64,000 bases of DNA from an uncultured Caldisericales bacterium. GTDB lineage: Bacteria; Caldisericota; Caldisericia; Caldisericales; Caldisericaceae. The stretch spans positions 266,530 to 330,529 of the forward strand of contig CAZLBY010000002.1 in the NCBI GenBank assembly GCA_964558085.1. Reading direction: 5' to 3'. Position 1 is the stretch's first letter. Each line of letters starts with the position of its first letter. The notes beneath the pieces were generated by a model. It ran no database searches and was not told the origin of the DNA. It saw only the letters and a program-made list of their open reading frames with translations. Made by a program: the position numbers and the translations under genes. Below, in pieces: positions 8,122-18,921 of this stretch.

Positions 8122-10198
8122 GATATATGTTGAAGAAATCCCCGCGCGCTTTCTAAATAATGCAGTAAAAGATCTTAAAACAATTGCTGAAAGTGAATTA
8201 ACAAAATACAACCTGCACTACGAAAATATTTCTACCTTCGGCACCCCACGGAGACTCGCTCTTTGCATTAAAAACTTAGATGAAAACGAACCTGATACAG
8301 AAGAAGAAATAAAAGGTCCGCCAGCATCCATTGCAATAGGAAAAAATGGAGAACATCTCGTACCGTTTAAAAAGTTTGCACTTTCAGCGGATGTTCCCGA
8401 AAAAGACCTTTATATAAAAGAAACTTCAAAGGGTAACTATTTATTCACCAGAAAAATAGTCAAAGGAAGGAAAGCAGAGGACATCCTGAAAATATTTTCC
8501 CCATGGTTAATCAAATCTTTAAAATTTCCAAAAACAATGCATTGGGATAGTAAAAGTATTAAATTTGTTAGACCTATTCGTTCTCTTCTTTCGCTATTTG
8601 GAGAAGATCTGGTAAAATTTACCTATGCGGGAGTAGAAACAGAAAATAGCACATATGGCCTTAGAATCAACCAATCAAACAAAATCAAAATAAAAGATCC
8701 GGCTGATTACTTTAAAAAACTTAAAGAGAATTACGTTATTCTTTCATACGATGAAAGAAAAAATAATGTCGAAAAAAATGCACACGCCCTTGCCAAAAAA
8801 GTCAATGGAACGCCATTATATTCAAATGATTTTTTAGAGGAAGTAGTAAACCTCACGGAGTATCCTACGCCATTCCTTGCAACGATTGGAAAGGAAGAAT
8901 TTTCAATACCGCAATGTATTTCCATACGCGTCATAGAAGACCACATGAAATCTTTTCCCTGTGTAGATATAAATGGAAAACTTCTTCCCTACTTTATTGG
9001 AGTAAGAAATGGTTGTTCTGATTTCATTGAAATTGTCAAAAGAGGATACGAAAAAGTAATTAAAGCAAGAATGCTTGACGGAAAATTCTTTTTTGAGGAA
9101 GATAAAAAAATCTCTTTGCCAACCCTTGTTAGTAAACTTTCAGACGTTGTTTTTTTGAAAGAGCTGGGCACAATGAAAGATAAAACTGACCGATTAATAA
9201 TACTTTCGGACTACATTTCTCCAAAAATCGGATTAAATGATAGCGGAAGCAAAGCATTAAAACGAAGTGCATATCTATCGAAAGCAGATCTTTTAACAAA
9301 TGTCGTCAGAGAATTTCCTGATTTGCAAGGAGAAATAGGAGGAATATATGCCGAGTTGCAAGGCGAAGAAACAGAAGTATATGAAGCAATAAAAGACCAG
9401 TATCTTCCGCGCTTTGCAGATGACAAACTTCCAAAAACATTAATAGGCACTTGCCTTTCTCTTATCGACAAAATAGACACATTGACAGGCGGCTTCGTCG
9501 TAGGCATCGCCGTTTCTGGTTCTAAAGACCCATACGGACTTAGAAGAATTGGCAACAGCGTAGTGCTGTTACTCACTTCTATTAATATGGAATCTTTCCC
9601 TTTAAAAGAGCTCGTACAAGTCTCCATTGGCTTACACAAACCAAAAAAAGAAATAGAAACCGAAAAAATATCAAAAGATATTGATTCCTTTTTAAAAGAA
9701 AGAGCCAAAGGAATATTAAAAGAAAAAAATATCAGGTATGATATAATAAATGCCGTTACGGCGCTACCACTTGATCTAATCGTTACATACAAAAAAAAGG
9801 CAGAGATATTAATGAATCATATAAACGACGAAGAACTTGCATCCATAGCACTGGCAAACAAGCGAGTAAACAATATCCTGCAAAACGCAGATATCTCTTC
9901 GAAAATCATAGACAAAAAACTTCTTTTTGAGAAAGAAGAAGAATGTCTCTTTGATGCAATTCAAAATACCAAAATAAAAGTTGAAAATGGACTTAAACAA
10001 ATGAATTATGAAGAAATTATAAAAATACTTTACGGTTTGTCTCCCGTAATTTCTAAATTCTTTGATAAAGTGCTCGTTATGGATAATGACGAAAAAATCA
10101 GAAAAAATCGGCTTGCTATGCTAATAAATTTAAAAGAACTGTTTCTCAAATTTGCGGATTTTTCGACAATCGTTATCGAGAAAGAAAAAAATGTATAA
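8102..10198 (+). CDS. glyS: Glycine--tRNA ligase beta subunit
   Basis: MKDYLLEIYVEEIPARF is a GlyS N-terminus. AGGAGG lies upstream of the ATG at 8102. The gene overlaps the glyQ end by 20 nt. The ORF-track start at 8078 is an in-frame upstream extension that lacks a ribosome-binding site. Confidence 0.9.
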   Translation: MKDYLLEIYVEEIPARFLNNAVKDLKTIAESELTKYNLHYENISTFGTPRRLALCIKNLDENEPDTEEEIKGPPASIAIGKNGEHLVPFKKFALSADVPEKDLYIKETSKGNYLFTRKIVKGRKAEDILKIFSPWLIKSLKFPKTMHWDSKSIKFVRPIRSLLSLFGEDLVKFTYAGVETENSTYGLRINQSNKIKIKDPADYFKKLKENYVILSYDERKNNVEKNAHALAKKVNGTPLYSNDFLEEVVNLTEYPTPFLATIGKEEFSIPQCISIRVIEDHMKSFPCVDINGKLLPYFIGVRNGCSDFIEIVKRGYEKVIKARMLDGKFFFEEDKKISLPTLVSKLSDVVFLKELGTMKDKTDRLIILSDYISPKIGLNDSGSKALKRSAYLSKADLLTNVVREFPDLQGEIGGIYAELQGEETEVYEAIKDQYLPRFADDKLPKTLIGTCLSLIDKIDTLTGGFVVGIAVSGSKDPYGLRRIGNSVVLLLTSINMESFPLKELVQVSIGLHKPKKEIETEKISKDIDSFLKERAKGILKEKNIRYDIINAVTALPLDLIVTYKKKAEILMNHINDEELASIALANKRVNNILQNADISSKIIDKKLLFEKEEECLFDAIQNTKIKVENGLKQMNYEEIIKILYGLSPVISKFFDKVLVMDNDEKIRKNRLAMLINLKELFLKFADFSTIVIEKEKNV

Positions 10199-10266
10199 AT
10201 CTTTATTTTTTCTATTAAATACCTATAATGAATAGGCAATAAAATTGCTAAGGAGGTTATACAATA

Positions 10267-12918
10267 ATGACAGATAAAAAAGTTTATGCCTTTGAAGAAG
10301 GCAATGGCAGTATGAAAAATCTTTTGGGTGGAAAAGGCGCAGGACTTGCAGAAATGACAAAAATTGGACTCCCCGTCCCCCTAGGTTTTATTATTACTAC
10401 AGAAGTTTGTAAGGAATATCAAAAAACAAAAAAAATAGACGAAGATCTAACCAGTGAAATATTAGAATATCTTCATAAATTGGAAGAAAAAGCTGGCAAG
10501 ATATTCGGCGATATAACAAACCCACTACTTGTATCAGTTCGCTCCGGTGCCCCAGTCTCCATGCCGGGTATGATGGATACCATTTTAAATCTCGGTTTAA
10601 ATGACGATACTGTAGAGGGGTTAAAAGATCTCACAAATAACGAGCGATTTGCATATGATAGCTACAGAAGATTTATCCAAATGTTCGGGGATGTTGCGAT
10701 GGAAATCCCTCATAGTGAATTTGCAAAAATCCTTGATAACCACAAAGAAAAACATGGATTAAAAAGCGACACAGATCTCACTTCTGAAATGCTAAAAGAT
10801 ATAATAGCAGACTATAAAATACTTTACCAGGAAAAAACTGGAGAAGAATTTCCACAGGACCCGATAAAGCAATTATTCCGTTCCATTGAAGCTGTTTTTA
10901 AATCATGGAACAATCCAAGAGCCATTTCATACAGAAACATTAATAAAATTAGTGATGAATTGGGTACCGCAGTAAGTATTGTAATGATGGTATTTGGAAA
11001 TATGGGCAATGATTCCGCAACAGGTGTTGCTTTCACAAGAAACCCTGCCACAGGAGAAAAGAAACTATACGGTGAATTTCTTACCAATGCACAAGGAGAA
11101 GACGTAGTAGCAGGCATAAGAACTCCACTCTCGATTGATAAACTGGAAGAATTTTCCCCTGAGATATTTAATCAACTTAAAGAGGTGGGAGAGAAATTAG
11201 AACAACATTACAAGGATATGCAAGATATGGAATTCACTATAGAAAAAGGGAAACTCTATATGCTCCAGACAAGATCAGGTAAAAGAACTGCACAAGCAGC
11301 CGTAAAAGTCGCCGTTGATATGGTCAATGAAAATCTCATAACAAAAGAAGAAAGTATTCTTCGAATTACTCCGGTGCAAATTGACCGCTTGCTCCACAAA
11401 ATGATTGACCCAACCGTGAAAGTAAATCCAATCGCAAAAGGCCTCCCCGCTTCTCCTGGTGCCGCAAGCGGTAAAGTTGTATTTGATGTAAAAGAAGCTA
11501 CTAAGAGAGGAAAGGATGGAGAGGCAATAATACTTGTGCGCCTGGAAACTACTCCAGAAGATATTGAGGGTATGGCACATTCAGAAGGCATTCTCACTAC
11601 ACGCGGAGGTATGACAGCTCATGCTGCGGTAGTAGCGAGAGGAATGGGTAAACCCTGCATTGTAGGCGCAGAGGATATAAAAATTGACACAGAAGGTAAT
11701 AGATTCACTACAAATGGAATTGAAGTTAAAAAAGATGAAATTATTACAATAGATGGTTCGATGGGAAATGTCATTCTTGGAGAAGTGAAAATGATAGAAC
11801 CAGAACTTACATCAGAATTGCGACAGTTACTCGCCTATTCAGATGAATTAAGAAAATTGGGAATAAGAGCGAATGCAAATACGCCAGAGGAAGCCATAAA
11901 AGCATTAGATTACGGCGCTGAAGGAATTGGATTATGCAGGACCGAAAGAATGTTTCTGAGTCCCGAGAGACTTCCTCTCATGCAGGACATGATTATTTCG
12001 GAATCAAAAGAAGAGCGCAGTATATCACTCGACAAGTTGAAAGATATGCAGAAAAAAGATTTTTACGACATCCTGATAGCAATGGATGGATTTTCTGTCA
12101 TTATAAGACTTTTAGATCCGCCACTCCACGAATTTTTACCTCAAAAAGACAGGCTCGAAAAAGAAATTGCAGAGCTCAGAGAAAACGGAAATGATCCGGA
12201 ACTTCTTAAGAAAAAAGAAAAAGAACTTAAACGCTCACTAGAACTTGCTGAATTTAACCCAATGATTGGTTTTAGAGGTTGTCGAGTGGGCATTGTCTAT
12301 CCTGAGATTTATGAAATGCAAGTGGCTGCAATAATAGAAGCCGCGATTCAACTGAAAAAGGAAGGATATGATCCGAAACCCAAGATTATGCTCCCACTTA
12401 TTGGTCATGTCAATGAAATGAAAACACTTAGAGAAAAAGCTACAACTGTCATAACAAACATATTTAGAAAAGAAGGTACAACCATTGATTACCAAATAGG
12501 AACAATGATAGAAGTGCCTCGTGCTACTCTGACTGCTGATCAAATTGCAGAATATGCTGATTTTTTCTCATTCGGCACAAATGATCTTACGCAAGCAACA
12601 TTTGCATTTAGTAGAGACGATGCCGAGGCCACATTTATTCCAACGTATCTCAAGGATGGAATACTTCCCACAGAACCTTTTATCACAATAGACCAGGATG
12701 GTGTAGGAAAACTTGTCAGGATAGGTGTTGTACTTGGAAGAAAAGCAAAAAATAATCTTGAGATAGGCATTTGCGGTGAACATGGTGGTGATCCAGAATC
12801 CATTGAGTTTTTCCACTATGCAGGCCTCGATTATGTAAGCTGCTCGCCTTTTAGGGTTCCAATTGCTCGCCTGGCAGCTGCGCAAGTAGCCATAAAAGAA
12901 AAACTCGGAAAGGAATAA
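10267..12918 (+). CDS. ppdK: Pyruvate, phosphate dikinase
   Basis: The 883-aa protein has the PPDK N-terminal ATP-grasp region (LGGKGAGLAEM), the phospho-His region (GGMTAHAAVVARGMGKPC) and a C-terminal PEP-utilising domain. Confidence 0.9.
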   Translation: MTDKKVYAFEEGNGSMKNLLGGKGAGLAEMTKIGLPVPLGFIITTEVCKEYQKTKKIDEDLTSEILEYLHKLEEKAGKIFGDITNPLLVSVRSGAPVSMPGMMDTILNLGLNDDTVEGLKDLTNNERFAYDSYRRFIQMFGDVAMEIPHSEFAKILDNHKEKHGLKSDTDLTSEMLKDIIADYKILYQEKTGEEFPQDPIKQLFRSIEAVFKSWNNPRAISYRNINKISDELGTAVSIVMMVFGNMGNDSATGVAFTRNPATGEKKLYGEFLTNAQGEDVVAGIRTPLSIDKLEEFSPEIFNQLKEVGEKLEQHYKDMQDMEFTIEKGKLYMLQTRSGKRTAQAAVKVAVDMVNENLITKEESILRITPVQIDRLLHKMIDPTVKVNPIAKGLPASPGAASGKVVFDVKEATKRGKDGEAIILVRLETTPEDIEGMAHSEGILTTRGGMTAHAAVVARGMGKPCIVGAEDIKIDTEGNRFTTNGIEVKKDEIITIDGSMGNVILGEVKMIEPELTSELRQLLAYSDELRKLGIRANANTPEEAIKALDYGAEGIGLCRTERMFLSPERLPLMQDMIISESKEERSISLDKLKDMQKKDFYDILIAMDGFSVIIRLLDPPLHEFLPQKDRLEKEIAELRENGNDPELLKKKEKELKRSLELAEFNPMIGFRGCRVGIVYPEIYEMQVAAIIEAAIQLKKEGYDPKPKIMLPLIGHVNEMKTLREKATTVITNIFRKEGTTIDYQIGTMIEVPRATLTADQIAEYADFFSFGTNDLTQATFAFSRDDAEATFIPTYLKDGILPTEPFITIDQDGVGKLVRIGVVLGRKAKNNLEIGICGEHGGDPESIEFFHYAGLDYVSCSPFRVPIARLAAAQVAIKEKLGKE

Positions 12919-12919
12919 A

Positions 12920-14032
12920 GTGCTGCGGCAAAAATACGAAAAATTAGAAACAGAGTTGCTCTCTCCATTTGCTACACTGAGCAATAAAACAAAAGGAAGA
13001 GCAACTCCGGAAACGAAAGACCCTCATCGTACAGAGTTCCAAAGAGATGTGGACAGAATTCTTTATTCCAAAGCATTCCGCAGATTACAATATAAAACTC
13101 AGGTATTTATAGCCCCCAAGGGGGATCACTATCGAAATCGTCTCACGCATACGCTTGAAGTAATGACGATCAGCAGATCAATTTCCCGGGCTCTCCGCCT
13201 AAATCCGGACCTTACCGAAGCCATCGCGCTGGGACACGATTTGGGGCACTCGCCGTTCGGACATGCCGGAGAAACAATTATCAACAAAAAATGTAAAGAA
13301 TATAGTTCGCATCTACATTTTTTTCATCCCGAGCAAAGCTTAAGAGTCGTAGATATTCTCGAAAAAAGACTAAAGTCAAACGGAGAAACCGTTTTTGGAT
13401 TAAACCTTACATATGAAGTAAGAGATGGAATATTAAAACATAGTAAGGGATTAGCAAATCTATCGGAATTAAAAAATGTTGATATGCCAGCAACCCTGGA
13501 AGGGCAAATAGTAAGAATTGCCGATCGCATTGCCTATATTCACCATGATATTGATGATGCAATACGAGCAAAAATCATAAATGAAAAAGACATACCCAAT
13601 TCAACGCGTCAAATACTAGGGAAATCAAATTCAAAAAGGCTTTCGACAATGATTCTTGATACAATAGAGAGGAGTAAAGGTAAAGATAAAATTTGCATGA
13701 GCAAAAATATAGAAAATGCTATGGATGAACTGAAAAATTTTCTAACAGAGAAAGTATATATAGGTTCATCGCCAAAAAAAGAAGAGAAAAAAGTATTCAG
13801 GATGATGGCATACCTATTCGACCATTACTACAATAACCCGGAAGATATGGGAGATTACTTAAAATATCATCCAAGCGTTCTTAAAATTAAAAACCCAATA
13901 AAATATATCGAAAAAAACAAAGAAAAAAAATTACAAGTAATTTGCGACTACCTTTCATCGATGACAGATCGTTTTGCAATTCAAACATTCTACGATATCA
14001 CCACTCCAAATCCACTGCCGCTAAGCGATTAG
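12920..14032 (+). CDS. dgt: dGTP triphosphohydrolase-like HD-domain protein
   Basis: The HD motif (HTLEV…GHDLGHSPFGHAGE) and the FQRDVDRILYS N-terminus are typical of Dgt-like dNTPases. It sits in the conserved position upstream of dnaG. Confidence 0.8.
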   Translation: MLRQKYEKLETELLSPFATLSNKTKGRATPETKDPHRTEFQRDVDRILYSKAFRRLQYKTQVFIAPKGDHYRNRLTHTLEVMTISRSISRALRLNPDLTEAIALGHDLGHSPFGHAGETIINKKCKEYSSHLHFFHPEQSLRVVDILEKRLKSNGETVFGLNLTYEVRDGILKHSKGLANLSELKNVDMPATLEGQIVRIADRIAYIHHDIDDAIRAKIINEKDIPNSTRQILGKSNSKRLSTMILDTIERSKGKDKICMSKNIENAMDELKNFLTEKVYIGSSPKKEEKKVFRMMAYLFDHYYNNPEDMGDYLKYHPSVLKIKNPIKYIEKNKEKKLQVICDYLSSMTDRFAIQTFYDITTPNPLPLSD

Positions 14033-14152
14033 CATCAGTCAATTTACCGCTAAACCACATAATGCAGCGTCAGGAGAATTATTTGTGAATGTGCCCCTAT
14101 ATTTTATTTTTAAAAATTAAAGGAAATTTGTCTATCTCTTACGTATTTATAT

Positions 14153-15868
14153 ATGATGAAAGACTTAAAAGATTATATAGATGAATTGCACGAAAAAGTG
14201 GACATTGTATCCACAATAAACCGGTACGTTGAATTAAAAAAAAGAGGCCGTAACTATGTAGGATTATGCCCTTTTCACGAAGAGAAAACGCCTTCATTTG
14301 TAGTAAGTCCCGAAAAACAAATATTCCATTGTTTTGGCTGCGGAGCAAGTGGAGATGTGATAAAATTCCTTATGAAAATAGACGGAATGGATTTCAAAGA
14401 AGCAATTACTATACTTGCCCAGGATGCTGGAATGCCTCTTCCGACATTTTCAGGCAAAAAAATTGACAAAACAGAAAAAGATAATTTACGTGAAGCAGTG
14501 CAAGCCGCGTCAAATTTTTTCCATGAACAAATCACAAAAGATGTCTTACTGTACCTTGAACAAAGAGGAGTAATCAAAGAAAGCATCGAAAAATTCCAGA
14601 TTGGGTACGCTCCTCAAAACGGAGATAAACTCATTGCTGCTATGGAAAAGAAAGGCATTCCACAAAATTCACTGCTTACCGCTGGTGTCTTGAAAAAAAT
14701 GGATGATGGAAAAATCAAAAGTTACTTTAGAAACAGAATTATATTCCCCATATTTGATATCCAGGGAAGAATTGTTGCATTCGGTGGAAGAATATTTGGA
14801 AAAGGAGAGCCAAAATACTTAAATTCTCCCGATACCCCCATTTTTTCGAAAGGAAATTTGCTCTATCCAATTAACATCGCAAAGGAAGGTATAAGAAAAG
14901 AAAAACAAGCAATTATTGTAGAGGGATACTTCGATGCAGTCATTTTGCATCAATCAGGTATTCAAAATGTAGTATCATCAATGGGAACATCATTTACAGA
15001 CGCGCAAGCAGGGGTAATCAAACGTTACGCAGATAATGTTTGCTTCTTTTATGATGATGATGAAGGTGGAAGAAAAGGAGCTGAACGAGCAGTAGAAATA
15101 TGCAGCAAAAAAAATCTTACTGTAAAGATAATAGTGGAGGGCAGTGGACAGGATCCAGATGAAATTGTATTGAAAAAAGGCAAAGATGGCATTTTGAAGC
15201 TTATTGACAACGCAAAAGATCCTCTGGATTTTATCACTCTCTTTGAATTAAAAATAGAAGGGAATAATCCTTCGGGAAAAGGAAGAGTTGCAAAAAAAGT
15301 GCTGGAAATTATAGATAAAATATCTAACAAAGTAGAGGCATATGAATACATCAAACAATTAGGTACAATTTTGAACATTGACCCTTCTATTCTTTTCACT
15401 CAATATACTCCTGTACCAACAAAATCCAGAAGACAAAGAGAAAAATTAAATGTAAATAATATAATGTCAAACACGGAAAAATTGCTCACACAGGCAGTTA
15501 TTCAAAGACCAGAAACATTATATAAAATACTAGAAAAAGTAGACATTAATTATTTTCCGGATTTTCGCTACAGAAAAATATTTAACAGGGCAAAAAAAGA
15601 CATCGAAAAAAGAGGTACGCCCGACACCAGGAATTGGAGTGACCTCGCAGAGGATGAATTTTCCTTAGCTACGGCACTTTCAATGGGAGATCCTTATTTA
15701 GTAAGCGACGAAGCAGTAGAGCAGGCAATAAAAAGAATGAATAATTATATTATACAATCTGAAGCACTAGAACTATACAACGAAATAAAAGAGACAAAAG
15801 ACGAAGACGAACTTAGAAAAAAATTGGAAAAATACCAACAAATTATTGAAAAGTTAAAAAAGAGGTAG
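14153..15868 (+). CDS. dnaG: DNA primase
   Basis: The protein has a zinc-binding domain ([11 protein letters not shown]…CFGCGASGD) and a TOPRIM region (VEGYFD, DDDEGG). Confidence 0.9.
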   Translation: MMKDLKDYIDELHEKVDIVSTINRYVELKKRGRNYVGLCPFHEEKTPSFVVSPEKQIFHCFGCGASGDVIKFLMKIDGMDFKEAITILAQDAGMPLPTFSGKKIDKTEKDNLREAVQAASNFFHEQITKDVLLYLEQRGVIKESIEKFQIGYAPQNGDKLIAAMEKKGIPQNSLLTAGVLKKMDDGKIKSYFRNRIIFPIFDIQGRIVAFGGRIFGKGEPKYLNSPDTPIFSKGNLLYPINIAKEGIRKEKQAIIVEGYFDAVILHQSGIQNVVSSMGTSFTDAQAGVIKRYADNVCFFYDDDEGGRKGAERAVEICSKKNLTVKIIVEGSGQDPDEIVLKKGKDGILKLIDNAKDPLDFITLFELKIEGNNPSGKGRVAKKVLEIIDKISNKVEAYEYIKQLGTILNIDPSILFTQYTPVPTKSRRQREKLNVNNIMSNTEKLLTQAVIQRPETLYKILEKVDINYFPDFRYRKIFNRAKKDIEKRGTPDTRNWSDLAEDEFSLATALSMGDPYLVSDEAVEQAIKRMNNYIIQSEALELYNEIKETKDEDELRKKLEKYQQIIEKLKKR

Positions 15869-15873
15869 CGTCT

Positions 15874-17016
15874 ATGGAAGAAAGCAAAGCAAAATCTTTA
15901 AAAATGATTAAGAATTATCAGAAAAAATTAAAAGATCTTACAAAAGAGGAGAAGGAAATAGTTAGAAAACTCTTTGAAAGAGGCAGAATAACTGGATTTC
16001 TCACATATGAAGAAATAGCAGATTCTTTTGAAAAAATTCCACTTTCAATAAAGAGAATTGATGAATTTTACACTCTTCTTGCACGAGTAAAAATTATATT
16101 TTGCAGTAGCAAAAATATAACAAAAGTAAGGGGAAGTTTAACTTCAGCACGAGAATCATTAGTACACGCTGAAATATCCGAGCTTAAAAATCCAGTCCAA
16201 TCATATCTTGCAAACATTGGAGCAATAGATTTGCTTACGGCAGAAAAAGAGCAAGAATTAGGAAAACGCGTAGTTGAAGGAGACGTACAGGCAAAAAAGG
16301 AACTTACCGAGGCAAACCTACGACTTGTAGTAAGTATTGCAAAAAGATACACAGGACACGGATTATCATTTCTTGACCTGGTGCAAGAAGGAAATTTAGG
16401 GTTGATTCGTGCTGTAGAGAAGTTTGATTACAGCAAAGGTTATAGGTTCTCCACATATGCTACCTGGTGGATAAGGCAGGCCATTACAAGAGCCCTGGCA
16501 GATCAATCAAGATTAATTCGAGTACCGGTGCATATGGTAGAAAGTATAAATAGAATTGAAAGAGCTACAAAAGAATTAATGCAAGAACTAGGGCGCGAAC
16601 CCTCATATAAAGAAATTTCAGAAAGAACAGAAATACCCGATAAGAAAATTAGCAAATACCTGCGTCTTGCGCAACAACCACTGTCCCTGGAAATGCCAGT
16701 AGGAGATGAAGAAGAAAGCAGGTTAGAAAATTTTATCGCAGATAACAGCACTCTTACGCCTGAAGGTGAAACATTTAACACATATTATAACGACCAGCTA
16801 ACTAAAGTGATGGAAAAACTCACCGAAAGAGAAAGAGAAATACTCAAACTCCGTGCAGGACTTGGCAAAGAGTACCCCCACACACTAGAAGAAGTAGGCA
16901 CAATTTTTGGAGTAACACGAGAAAGAATACGACAAATTGAGGCAAAAGCAAAAAGAAAACTCACAAAAGAGTTAAAAAAACTCGAGGGAACAGAAACAGA
17001 AGTAAAAATTGAATAA
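15874..17016 (+). CDS. sigA: RNA polymerase primary sigma factor
   Basis: The 380-aa protein carries region 1.2 (VQSYLANIG), region 2 ([36 protein letters not shown]) and region 4 ([18 protein letters not shown]). Confidence 0.9.
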   Translation: MEESKAKSLKMIKNYQKKLKDLTKEEKEIVRKLFERGRITGFLTYEEIADSFEKIPLSIKRIDEFYTLLARVKIIFCSSKNITKVRGSLTSARESLVHAEISELKNPVQSYLANIGAIDLLTAEKEQELGKRVVEGDVQAKKELTEANLRLVVSIAKRYTGHGLSFLDLVQEGNLGLIRAVEKFDYSKGYRFSTYATWWIRQAITRALADQSRLIRVPVHMVESINRIERATKELMQELGREPSYKEISERTEIPDKKISKYLRLAQQPLSLEMPVGDEEESRLENFIADNSTLTPEGETFNTYYNDQLTKVMEKLTEREREILKLRAGLGKEYPHTLEEVGTIFGVTRERIRQIEAKAKRKLTKELKKLEGTETEVKIE

Positions 17017-17296
17017 TCACGATAAACATGCTCCCCTTAATGAAACACTCTCATCCAGCACCAGTAGTTCCATTTTATCACCTTTCTCGTTTAATATAAA
17101 GATTCATGTCTTGGATTATCAAATAAAATTTATCTCATTTGCTAGCATCGCTCATATAGAATAACCCATTATTTTAAAAACATTAAGAGCTATATATTTT
17201 TATGACAAAAAATATCAGATATACACCCTGTCTTTACTTGTAAGTTTTATTAAACAATTTATAATTGAAAAATGAATAACTATTGGGAGGCAAATA

Positions 17297-18028
17297 ATGG
17301 CTGAATTTCATCTAAAATGTGAAAAAAGAGATATAAGCGAATATATCATACTGGTTGGTAATCCGCAAAGGGCAAATAAAATATCCAGTCTTCTCGAAAA
17401 TCCTATCCTTGTAAATGAAAATAGAGGGCTCCTTGTATACACCGGCTTTTATAAGGAAACGAGGATTACTGTTGCAACAACAGGAATGGGAGCGCCTTCT
17501 ACCGCTATTGTGTTAGAAGAACTTGTCAACCTCGGGGGAAAAGTTTTTATAAGAGTTGGCTCTGCTGGTGGTATCAATCCAAAGTTAGATGTCGGAGACG
17601 TAGTCATTGCAACGGGAAGTATTAGGGACGATGGTACGTCTCCTTTGTATCTTCGATCAAGTTTTCCAGCAGTTCCTAACTTTGACGTCCTTCAAGCAAT
17701 GATCGCAGTAGGAAGGAGAATAAAAGAAAACATAGAGTATGGCATAGTAATTGCCGAAGACGCATTTTACATTCCATACTCAAGAGAAGAAATGGATTGC
17801 TTTGTAAAATCTGGCGTGAAAGCAATTGAAATGGAAAGTGGTTGCGTATTTATTGTTTCCCAGTATAGAAATGTAAAAGCAGGAGCAATATTTGCTCTTG
17901 ATGGAAATGTTGCATTAAACAAAATAAAACCAGAAGGCACAGAAGAAGTTTATAAAAAAGGAGAAGCAGTTGCGATTCAAATTGGCCTGGAATCGCTTTA
18001 TACTCTTTCGAAAAATGACATAAAATGA
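17297..18028 (+). CDS. Nucleoside phosphorylase, PNP/UDP family 1 (DeoD-type purine nucleoside or uridine phosphorylase)
   Basis: It aligns by eye to E. coli DeoD through HL…, VGNPQRA (versus PGDPLRA), TTGMGAPSTAIVLEEL, IRVGSAGG and EMES. It is translationally coupled to psuG by an ATGA overlap. Confidence 0.7.
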   Translation: MAEFHLKCEKRDISEYIILVGNPQRANKISSLLENPILVNENRGLLVYTGFYKETRITVATTGMGAPSTAIVLEELVNLGGKVFIRVGSAGGINPKLDVGDVVIATGSIRDDGTSPLYLRSSFPAVPNFDVLQAMIAVGRRIKENIEYGIVIAEDAFYIPYSREEMDCFVKSGVKAIEMESGCVFIVSQYRNVKAGAIFALDGNVALNKIKPEGTEEVYKKGEAVAIQIGLESLYTLSKNDIK

Positions 18029-18921
18029 AAATAAATAATGAGATTTTAGATGCAGTAAATACCGGAAAGCCAATTGTTGCACTTGAATCGACGATCATTG
18101 CCCAGGGAATGCCATATCCCAAAAATATTCAAATTGCCCTTGCAGTTGAAGAAGAAGTGCGAAAAATTGGTGCAATACCAGCAACCATCGGTATTATTAA
18201 CGGAAAAATTATCATCGGTATGACACAAGAAGAAATTCATCACCTTGGAGACACTAAAGATGTACTAAAACTTTCTACCCGCGAAATTCCATTTTGCATA
18301 GCAGAAAAAAGGGATGGAGCCACGACTGTCTCTGCTACCTCCTATATTGCAGAGCTTGTCGGGATCAGAGTTTTCGCAACTGGTGGCATTGGTGGAGTTC
18401 ATAGAAACGCAGAACATACCTTTGATATTTCACGGGATCTGGACGAACTTGCAGCAAGAAATATTATTGTTGTTTCTGCAGGAGCAAAATCAATATTAGA
18501 CCTTGCAAAAACCCTGGAATACCTTGAAACCAAGGGCGTACTCGTTGTAGGATTTAAAACTAGCGAATTTCCTGCATTTTACACAAGAAAATCAGAATTA
18601 ACCATACCGCAGGTAGATTCAGCCAAAGAAATTGCAAATATTTATAATACTAAAATTTCGTTAGGTATTTTTTCGTCAATTCTTGTTGCTAATCCAATAC
18701 CACAGGAATATGAGATTCCTAAAGACAAAGTTGACCAGTGGATTGACATTGCTGTTTCAGAATCACAGGAAAGGGGAATAAAAGGGAAAAAAGTAACACC
18801 ATTTCTTCTAGCTCGAATAGTTGAACTTAGTAAGGGAAAAGCTCTTGATGCTAATTTTGAACTTGTAAAAAACAATGCACGGGTTGCAGCAGAAATTGCT
18901 AAAGCACTGCATGATAATTAA
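18025..18921 (+). CDS. psuG: Pseudouridine-5'-phosphate glycosidase (IndA/YeiN family C-glycosidase)
   Basis: The 298-aa protein has the motifs PIVALESTIIAQGMPYP and ATTVSATSYIAELVGIRVFATGGIGGVHR, which are characteristic of PsuG. Confidence 0.8.
   Translation: MKINNEILDAVNTGKPIVALESTIIAQGMPYPKNIQIALAVEEEVRKIGAIPATIGIINGKIIIGMTQEEIHHLGDTKDVLKLSTREIPFCIAEKRDGATTVSATSYIAELVGIRVFATGGIGGVHRNAEHTFDISRDLDELAARNIIVVSAGAKSILDLAKTLEYLETKGVLVVGFKTSEFPAFYTRKSELTIPQVDSAKEIANIYNTKISLGIFSSILVANPIPQEYEIPKDKVDQWIDIAVSESQERGIKGKKVTPFLLARIVELSKGKALDANFELVKNNARVAAEIAKALHDN

Noticed and set aside
12920-14032. dGTPase as an anti-phage defence gene
   Set aside because: It sits in the conserved housekeeping position directly upstream of dnaG-sigA, with no defence-island context.
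17017-17296. Possible riboswitch or ncRNA in the 280-bp sigA-phosphorylase intergenic region
   Set aside because: I could not recognise any conserved riboswitch core (purine, preQ1, SAM, c-di-GMP and so on) or stable terminator/antiterminator architecture by eye. It remains unverified.
17297-18028. Alternative call of the phosphorylase as MTA/SAH nucleosidase (PNP/UDP family 2)
   Set aside because: The motif order HL…GNPQRA…TTGMGAPS…IRVGSAGG…EMES follows DeoD/Udp-type family 1, not the MtnN pattern.
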